From: an uncultured Gammaproteobacteria bacterium
GTDB taxonomy: Bacteria > Patescibacteriota > Microgenomatia > Levybacterales > UBA12049
Direction of reading: 5' to 3'
DNA length: 64,000 nt
Assembly (NCBI GenBank): GCA_965230895.1
Contig: OZ246394.1
Span: 441,316-505,315 of the forward strand
How positions within the stretch are numbered: the first letter of the stretch is position 1; each line of letters opens with the position of its first letter. This document shows positions 57,237-64,000 of this stretch, piece by piece. A program made the translations under genes and the position numbers. Under the pieces are notes generated by a model. The model saw only the letters and a program-made list of their open reading frames with translations, was not told the origin of the DNA and did no database searches.

Positions 57237-58571
57237 TTATTTACCTTTAAACTTCTGTGCAGCAATAAGAGGTAATGCCAATGCAGATAATGCAGCATCC
57301 AATCCAATTTTTTTAGACAAACGCAACTGCTTCTGATACTTCTCATATGATATATGATACTCATCATCTCCGTGAGCAATTAAAACATATAATGGCGGCT
57401 GCCAATATTTAGGGAAAAGCATATGAAGAAGCGTATCTGCTTTATCTTTCAAAACAAAAAACGGTGAACGACTTTTATCGCGCAATTCAATAAAGTTCTC
57501 TTTCGCTAAATCTGCCATAAGATCTGTATTTCTTTTTCGATTTTCTTGATACAACGGAAATACTTTTGGTAAATCTCCATCATATTTGTCATACAACTCA
57601 CTAAATTTCAAACAATCATCAAATGCGGCACACATCCCCTGTCCGTAAAATGGAATGAACGCATGTGCAGCATCTCCAATAAGCATCATGAAGTCTCTAT
57701 CATGCCATGTCGGATTGTGTAATGTGACAAACGTTCCGGTTTTCCTTATGAGGAATGATTCTGTAATTTCAGAAACTAATGGCAAAAGATCAGGAAAATC
57801 TGATTTGATAAACGCTTCAATCTTCTCGGGTGTATTTAATTGTGCAAAACTTTTCTCTCCTTCCAATTGAAGATTAAACATCAAGGTGAAAGAATCATCA
57901 GGGTTTGGGAAGGCAATCAACAATGAATCAGGACGCGGCCAAGTATGTGTTGCTCGCAAACGAAGTTTCATGTCTTCTGTTAATTTCGGTGATATATGAA
58001 CTTCCTTATATCCCCAATCTTCAAACTCTTTTTTGCCATGATCTTTTTTATCAGATGCGACAAAAGATCGGATGACAGAATTAACACCATCTGCACCGAT
58101 AACTAAATCAGTTTTTAAAGCAATCTCTTTACCTTTGTCTTTTTGAATGGTGATTTCTTTTTTCTTTTTATCAACCCCAATGCATTTTGTATTAAAGTGG
58201 AATGTTATTTCAGGATATTTATCTGCTGCTGTAATAAGTGCGCCATTTAATCTATTTCTATGAACTGTATAGAGAATTTCGTTTCCTTTTGCATCAAAAG
58301 AATCATAGACGTTTTTTGTTTCGTAATGAGCAACATTTCCCTCTGCAATGATCGCAACTTTTTTTGCTTCATCCCAAATACCAATTTTCTTCATTGCTTC
58401 TATGCCACGATAATATAATGTCAAATTAAAAGAACGACCTGAATCATAATTCTCCTCTCTGACGTCAGGACGATATTCATAGACATCAACATCATAATTT
58501 CTCTTTGCAAGACAGATTGCCATAAAGCATCCCGCCATACCAGCACCGATGATTGAAACTCTTTTCTTCAT
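57237..58571 (-). CDS. FAD-dependent monooxygenase, kynurenine 3-monooxygenase-like
   Basis: G.G.AG, GRS.NL.L..RG, GADG..S, GYKE, H.WPR, GDAAHA..PFYGQGM..AF.D, A.ENFIE.R. Confidence 0.8.
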   Translation of the reverse strand: MKKRVSIIGAGMAGCFMAICLAKRNYDVDVYEYRPDVREENYDSGRSFNLTLYYRGIEAMKKIGIWDEAKKVAIIAEGNVAHYETKNVYDSFDAKGNEILYTVHRNRLNGALITAADKYPEITFHFNTKCIGVDKKKKEITIQKDKGKEIALKTDLVIGADGVNSVIRSFVASDKKDHGKKEFEDWGYKEVHISPKLTEDMKLRLRATHTWPRPDSLLIAFPNPDDSFTLMFNLQLEGEKSFAQLNTPEKIEAFIKSDFPDLLPLVSEITESFLIRKTGTFVTLHNPTWHDRDFMMLIGDAAHAFIPFYGQGMCAAFDDCLKFSELYDKYDGDLPKVFPLYQENRKRNTDLMADLAKENFIELRDKSRSPFFVLKDKADTLLHMLFPKYWQPPLYVLIAHGDDEYHISYEKYQKQLRLSKKIGLDAALSALALPLIAAQKFKGK

Positions 58572-58942
58572 AAAGCTATTTTACCATTAAATTAACCTAA
58601 ACAGATTAGTAAAAATGATTAACTTTCTATTTAGATTGATTTGATAACATAATTACCTCAACAAGACATTTTTAGCCACGGCTGTGCTTGAAATTTTTGC
58701 GAAAAGGGTGTAGTATCTTGTATAGATACGAGACGAAATTATCATCCGAAAAGATGATAAAGGTGGGAACTGAGCCGAGAGATTTGGAAAGAGTATATTA
58801 CCCAACACTCCACAAAAGCCCCACTGCCCAAAACTCAAGAAAATAAACAATTATCGTTGCGGACTTGTTCCGGAATCTTCTAGACCAAAAGATTCTCAAC
58901 AAATTCATAATGACTATCCCACAAAGAAAGGGGGTGAAGACT

Positions 58943-59473
58943 ATGACAAATAATGGAATTGTAAATATACATGGAAAAGAATACATGACGGTTGCACGTC
59001 GAGTTGAATTAGCACAGGAGAACCGAGCTTTAGAAGGAGTAGAAACTGAAGTACTAAACCACAACCCTGTTGTTGTGAAAGCAAAAGTCACTCTCAAAGG
59101 TGAAGTCTACACTGGAATTAGTTCAGTGAGTCTTGAAACAACTCGAGAAATCGAAAAGCAAAACCCATACGAAGTTGCAGAAACTTCAGCTGTTGGAAGA
59201 GCATTGGGATTTGCAGGATACGGTTTGATTGAAAGTATCGCATCAGCGGATGAAATGGTACGAGCAACGTTTGGCAAACCACAGAATACCGTCAAACAAC
59301 TTCCACAAAAACTTTCCGATACACGTGTTGACTCTGAGAAGGACACTGTTACTTGCGAAGTTTGTGGCGAACCGGCAACAGAACGCAAAGGAACAACAAG
59401 AAATGGCAAACAATATCATGGCATTTTTTGCTCCACAGAGAACAGAAGTCACACACGATGGCTCTGGAATTAA
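58943..59473 (+). CDS. Putative single-strand annealing protein (Rad52/ERF-like) with C-terminal Zn ribbon
   Basis: I.GKEY..VA.RV, AETSAVGRAL..., SIASADE, CEVC...C..H; AAGGGGGTG RBS. Confidence 0.55.
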   Translation: MTNNGIVNIHGKEYMTVARRVELAQENRALEGVETEVLNHNPVVVKAKVTLKGEVYTGISSVSLETTREIEKQNPYEVAETSAVGRALGFAGYGLIESIASADEMVRATFGKPQNTVKQLPQKLSDTRVDSEKDTVTCEVCGEPATERKGTTRNGKQYHGIFCSTENRSHTRWLWN

Positions 59474-59479
59474 GAAGCG

Positions 59480-59526
59480 GGGGAAGGTAAGCATATGGGC
59501 AGATATATGTAATCTTCCCCTTCTTT
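59480..59526 (+). terminator. Terminator-like hairpin
   Basis: ggggaag/cttcccc stem followed by ttcttt. Confidence 0.5.
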
Positions 59527-59544
59527 AGAGAATCTTCAACAACT

Positions 59545-60849
59545 ATGACACAACAAGAAGCATTAGATGTACTGAAAACTGGAAACAATGTTTTCTTAAC
59601 TGGATCTGCGGGTTCAGGAAAAACATATGTCATTAATAGGTACATAGATTATTTAAAAGTACAAAATAAAAAAGTGGGCATTACTGCATCGACAGGTGTC
59701 GCAGCTACCCATATTAATGGAATTACACTCCATGCTTGGGCAGGGATTGGCGCACGTACAGAGATTAATGACATTGTCATTAATGATTTACTGCAAAGAA
59801 AATATTTACGTGATCGATTCTCAAAAACGGATGTACTTATCATTGATGAAGTCTCTATGTTATCTGCTCAAACGTTTGGCGCAGTTGATACCATTTTGCA
59901 AGCATTTCGTGACAACGACGAACCGTTTGGTGGAATGCAAGTTGTTTTGTGCGGAGACTTCTTTCAGCTTCCTCCGATTGAGAAAACACTCCATTTAAAC
60001 TCCAGTTCTTCATCATATGTCTACCGCGCACCTGTATGGAAATTATTAGATATTAAAGTTTGTTACCTTGATAAGATTTATCGACAAGTAGATGACACGT
60101 TCCTCAACATTCTTAATCAAATTCGTCAGAATAATATTACCAAAGATGTTTGGGATACACTCAAGCATCGTTTCTTCCACTCATTTTATGATGGTGTTTC
60201 TCCTACCCGACTTTATACACATAATGCTCAGGCAGATAAAGTGAATAATCAGGAATTAGCAAAATTGGATGGCATCCCAAAAACATATCATATGAAATCC
60301 CGTGGCAATGACATCCTTGCAAATATTATGAAGAAAAATTGCTTGGCACCTGAACAACTGATATTGAAAAAGCAAGCGCTCGTCATGTTTGTAAAAAATA
60401 ATTATGAAGAAGGTTATGCCAATGGCACAATGGGACGCGTCATCGATTTTACTGAGAAAGAGGGATACCCAATCGTACGAATGTTCAATAAAAAAGAGCT
60501 TATTGTTCGTCCGTCAGAGTGGACGATAGAAGAAGAAGGCGAATCGAAAGCAACAATTCAGCAAATTCCTTTACGACTTGCTTGGGCAATCACGATCCAT
60601 AAAAGCCAGGGTATGACATTGGACGCTGCAGAAATTGATCTAGGAAAGTCTTTTGTTACGGGTATGGGGTACGTCGCACTTTCACGAGTGAAAAGTCTTA
60701 ATGGTATACGACTACGTAGTTTAAATCGTACAGCACTTACCGTGAGCGATGAAATTATTAAAGTTGATAAAAGGCTCCAGCAAATGTCTGCAGAAGTTGT
60801 CCAGGAGCTCCATAACAGTTCATACTACAAGATAAATAAAGAAAACTAG
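59545..60849 (+). CDS. PIF1-family 5'-3' DNA helicase
   Basis: GSAGSGKT, IDEVSM, PFGG.Q....GDF.QLPP, YRQ, Q.PLRLAWAITIHKSQG, YVALSR. Confidence 0.9.
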   Translation: MTQQEALDVLKTGNNVFLTGSAGSGKTYVINRYIDYLKVQNKKVGITASTGVAATHINGITLHAWAGIGARTEINDIVINDLLQRKYLRDRFSKTDVLIIDEVSMLSAQTFGAVDTILQAFRDNDEPFGGMQVVLCGDFFQLPPIEKTLHLNSSSSSYVYRAPVWKLLDIKVCYLDKIYRQVDDTFLNILNQIRQNNITKDVWDTLKHRFFHSFYDGVSPTRLYTHNAQADKVNNQELAKLDGIPKTYHMKSRGNDILANIMKKNCLAPEQLILKKQALVMFVKNNYEEGYANGTMGRVIDFTEKEGYPIVRMFNKKELIVRPSEWTIEEEGESKATIQQIPLRLAWAITIHKSQGMTLDAAEIDLGKSFVTGMGYVALSRVKSLNGIRLRSLNRTALTVSDEIIKVDKRLQQMSAEVVQELHNSSYYKINKEN

Positions 60850-60897
60850 CTCAACAATTCTTATACAATTGTTACAAGAATTTTCTATAATAAACGT

Positions 60898-61572
60898 ATG
60901 TTTCCACTTTCCGATTCTATAAAAGCAACAAGGTTTCCATTTTTAAACTATTTAATTGTCGGGATTACAATCTATGTTTTTATCAAACAACTCATTGCAC
61001 CAGATCCGGAAGCGTTTATCATGAAATATGCATTGGTTCCAACGGATGTTAATTTCAATGATTACAGAACGTTACTTCCTTTTGTTACTTCAATTTTTCT
61101 TCATGGAGGAATTTTGCACATCCTTTCAAATATGTGGTTTCTTATAGTCTTTGGCGATAATATTAATGCAAGACTCTCCCCAATCGGATTTTTACTACTT
61201 TATCTTACGGCAGGAGTTGCAGGTGGTCTTGCGCAATATGCGTTTACCACTACAGAATCAATTCCAATGCTGGGAGCATCAGGTGCAGTTGCCGGAATAC
61301 TTGGATGTTATGCTGTCCTTTTCCCGCATGCGAAAATTAAGACATTAATCTTCGTAGTCTTCTTTATAACAGTTGTCGAGATCAGCGCATTACTCATGTT
61401 GGGATACTGGTTCGCGTTACAATTATTTTCTGGTGTTGGTACATTTTCTGAATTGGGTTCAGGTGAAGGCGGAGTTGCATATCTAGCGCATATTGCTGGA
61501 TTTATCGTAGGACTTATCTGGGGATTTGCAAATAAAAACCGTGGAGAGGAGGCAGGTATAACACATGAATGA
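60898..61572 (+). CDS. Rhomboid intramembrane serine protease
   Basis: FLHGG..H...NM, GASGA, AHIAG. Confidence 0.95.
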   Translation: MFPLSDSIKATRFPFLNYLIVGITIYVFIKQLIAPDPEAFIMKYALVPTDVNFNDYRTLLPFVTSIFLHGGILHILSNMWFLIVFGDNINARLSPIGFLLLYLTAGVAGGLAQYAFTTTESIPMLGASGAVAGILGCYAVLFPHAKIKTLIFVVFFITVVEISALLMLGYWFALQLFSGVGTFSELGSGEGGVAYLAHIAGFIVGLIWGFANKNRGEEAGITHE

Positions 61573-61783
61573 AAGCATGGGTAAAATGCTCATTGTCATT
61601 GGCATCGTTATTATAATAGTAGGAATACTTTTTGTCGCACTTCCAAAGCTAACCTCGCTGCCAAAACTCCCAGGTGATATTTATATCAAAAAAGATAATT
61701 TCACTTTTTACTTTCCCTGGGTTTCTTCCCTTCTAATTAGTGGTATTTTATCGTTAATCTTCTATCTCTTTTTTAGAAAATAA
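61565..61783 (+). CDS. DUF2905 small membrane protein
   Basis: GK.L...G, LPGDI.I...NF.FYFP. Confidence 0.85.
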   Translation: MNESMGKMLIVIGIVIIIVGILFVALPKLTSLPKLPGDIYIKKDNFTFYFPWVSSLLISGILSLIFYLFFRK

Positions 61784-61842
61784 TGTAAGAATTAGCCACA
61801 AAACTTGCACACTCTAACAGAATTAGTATAATGGGTAAGTTT

Positions 61843-62664
61843 ATGGCACAACCTGAACGTGGTCACCCACAAGACCATGAACCCACATCTCCAAGAAAAC
61901 CTGTTGTCGTGTATGATAGGTTAACAGTTGTTAATTCACATACTTCTCCTGAAGACATACGTCTTGGGCTAGCTCGAACTGCCGTGGGAGAAGGTTATGT
62001 ACCGTACTACCACAAGTATATACGCACAATTAAAGCGAAAGAAGCAAGAGGACAAACTATTAATAAACAACTATTGGGGAAATACGCAGATGAGGCATCC
62101 CAACTTATGTACGATGATTCGTACGGACGAAGTGGACGATCCGAAACAATTTGCGTATTTGACGAAAATCGCCGGCTTGGAACGGTCCTGGCAGCTACAG
62201 GAAGACTTGTTCTGGGGGAAGAATATCCTACAGAAGTAATGAGACCCCTTGAATTGATGGAATTGGTAAATCCCGAGGGAGGCTGGGATGCAATCTTGGG
62301 AAATAAATCCTTAGATAGAGTTGTCGAACTTGGGAGAATTGTTGTAGTCAATGAATATCGTGGCACTATCGAAAAGAATGGTAAAGCGGTCAATCAGACT
62401 TCAGAAATCGCCCACCATCTTATTGATAGTCCAAATGGAGTTGTCGAAGTAGCACAAGATCACGATAGAGAGATAGTGCTTATGGTGGCACAACAGAAAT
62501 TTGCTAAACACGCGAAAGGGACACAACTTGACTTTGGTGAAGGTGTACCGATACAATTGCTCCCAGCTGCGAGAGTGGTAAAAAAGGTTTTTCCGGGATA
62601 TTGGAAGGACCAGCAAGACCCTCCAATGCTCTATGCAGCGCAAGTCCCGCCCAAAGCCGCTTAA
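61843..62664 (+). CDS. GNAT-fold N-acyltransferase (N-acyl amino acid synthase/LuxI-like), divergent
   Basis: R...Y...GY, AT.RL, VELGR.VV..EYRG, GYW; TTGCAC-16-TATAAT just upstream. Confidence 0.5.
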   Translation: MAQPERGHPQDHEPTSPRKPVVVYDRLTVVNSHTSPEDIRLGLARTAVGEGYVPYYHKYIRTIKAKEARGQTINKQLLGKYADEASQLMYDDSYGRSGRSETICVFDENRRLGTVLAATGRLVLGEEYPTEVMRPLELMELVNPEGGWDAILGNKSLDRVVELGRIVVVNEYRGTIEKNGKAVNQTSEIAHHLIDSPNGVVEVAQDHDREIVLMVAQQKFAKHAKGTQLDFGEGVPIQLLPAARVVKKVFPGYWKDQQDPPMLYAAQVPPKAA

Positions 62665-62666
62665 TT

Positions 62667-63878
62667 ATGGAAAGAATAATACCAGGAGGTCACTCTGAAA
62701 GATATAAAAGAATACGTACAGAAGTAAACCGTCCTACACTAGAAACGATGAGACCAATTATTTATCCTGCTGGTACTGGAGAGAGTTGGCATGCATTTAA
62801 TGAATCTCTGCGGACTTTCCCAGAAAGAGCACATCAAATTCCTTGGAGATCAGGTGATCCAGAAGAAATACGAATAGAAGCAATGCAACGAGGAGTCCTC
62901 ATCGATAAATTCCCGGCTATGTTGGGAGATGTTGCAAAACGAAAATGGAGTAATCGCTATAACCCTGATTTTTTTGCAGACAATCCAGATATAATACCTC
63001 GCTATATAAATCTGTTTGATAGACCTCAATTTCAGACTGGGTTCGAATTTCCTTGGACAACACAAGGAGCATTTGTTATCGGAGGCGATGAAAAAACAAC
63101 AAGAGAAACAATATATTCAGGGACTGTGGATGAAGATCCTAGACTTATCACTCCAGAAGACTTTGATGCTTTTGGAAAATTAAAAGTAGGAATTTTGGGA
63201 GGCGGTGTAGGATCATCAGTTGGAGATGCATTAATTGAATTAGGAGTTAGAGATATAAAAATGATTGATGGCGGAGATGTTTTACTTCATGATTTTAGAA
63301 GTCAACCAAATGCAGGTTTTCCAAGATTCGGAATGAATCATGCAGAGCATTGGGGCTTACGAGCATATGAGATGTATCCTTATGGAAATTTTGAATATAT
63401 TAAACAAAACTTAGGAGATGGTACAAAAGGAACATACTCAAGAGCTGCATTCATCGAAGATAGAGACATTCTATTTGAAGTCGTCGATAATTTGCCTGAA
63501 AAGTTACGTAGTCGAGAAGCCGCACGAGATAGAGGTATTCCAGTATTTATGCCCACAGATTTATTAATGGGTGCAGATATGATGTATCAACCAGGGCAAT
63601 CTGATGCAGAAATTTTTCCAAATTTAAGTGAAGAAAGCCGCAGAAAAGCGTTATCAGGAAAACCAATGGGATTTGTTGAAATATCAGACATTGCGAACGA
63701 ATTAGTTGGTCCAAACGCGGACTATTGGAGTGCTGGGGCAAGAAGAGGTCGAGGTAACTGGTCACAAAACGGTGCTCAAGCAGCAACTTCGAAAGCCGCC
63801 GTAGCACAAACACTTAGAAGGTATGTCAGAGGTAAGGAAATACCTCATAGGAAAGGTTTTCTATTAGAAGATTATTAA
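62667..63878 (+). CDS. ThiF/E1-like adenylation enzyme, Rv1355c/OxzB-type, no nitroreductase domain
   Basis: FPW, LIT.E, VGILG.GVGS, L.E.G, E.VD....K..R..A...IPV.M.TD and W.Q motifs. Confidence 0.65.
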   Translation: MERIIPGGHSERYKRIRTEVNRPTLETMRPIIYPAGTGESWHAFNESLRTFPERAHQIPWRSGDPEEIRIEAMQRGVLIDKFPAMLGDVAKRKWSNRYNPDFFADNPDIIPRYINLFDRPQFQTGFEFPWTTQGAFVIGGDEKTTRETIYSGTVDEDPRLITPEDFDAFGKLKVGILGGGVGSSVGDALIELGVRDIKMIDGGDVLLHDFRSQPNAGFPRFGMNHAEHWGLRAYEMYPYGNFEYIKQNLGDGTKGTYSRAAFIEDRDILFEVVDNLPEKLRSREAARDRGIPVFMPTDLLMGADMMYQPGQSDAEIFPNLSEESRRKALSGKPMGFVEISDIANELVGPNADYWSAGARRGRGNWSQNGAQAATSKAAVAQTLRRYVRGKEIPHRKGFLLEDY

Positions 63879-63934
63879 GTAGTTTTATCGTAATACTTGC
63901 ATTTTTTGCTAAAAATGAGTAAGCTCTGCATACA

Positions 63935-64000
63935 ATGACATTGGCAGTAATTTTGCTGACAGCATTTACAAACATACTGCTCGGAATAATAAGCTATAAG
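63935..64000 (+). CDS. Start of a membrane protein, truncated at window end
   Basis: MTLAVILLTAFTNILLGIISYK... Confidence 0.35.
   Translation, partial: MTLAVILLTAFTNILLGIISYK

Noticed and set aside
1-64000. CRISPR array, rRNA, IS transposase
   Set aside because: No regularly spaced 23-47 bp repeats with spacers, no rRNA-like tract and no transposase motifs seen.
1-64000. Alternative genetic code (TGA = Gly/Trp)
   Set aside because: Conserved genes are full-length under code 11, and several end at TGA overlapping the next start.

Overview
Bacterial chromosome fragment read with the standard bacterial code (TGA is stop). Gene style and content (short divergent proteins, many apparently leaderless genes, salvage-type metabolism, sortase, tRNA-linked GIY-YIG genes) suggest Patescibacteria/CPR, probably Microgenomates; this is an inference. 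1-20 kb holds cell-surface glycosylation genes (GT-C, GH39, Wzx, many GT2/GT4, DUF2206/DUF1616-like) plus a sortase-substrate pair. 20-34 kb is housekeeping and transport, with four tRNAs and a tgt/yhhQ queuosine salvage pair. 34.4-48.6 kb is a composite island integrated in the 3' end of tRNA-Arg(TCT). It carries a large serine recombinase, a replication-like module, copper resistance and a LexA-flanked CD-NTase/SLATT (CBASS-like) operon, followed by a second recombinase-less unit. The most striking signal is that the attachment site lies inside the recombinase 3' end. Two downstream att arms each encode an in-frame, mutually homologous 22-aa alternative C-terminus, so recombination would swap the enzyme's tail. 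49-64 kb holds redox/metal genes, a beta-CASP nuclease, a lone kynurenine 3-monooxygenase-like gene, an SSAP-like + PIF1 pair, and an N-acyltransferase/ThiF pair resembling acyl-oxazolone (OxzA/OxzB-type) loci. All family calls come from motif recognition, not database searches.
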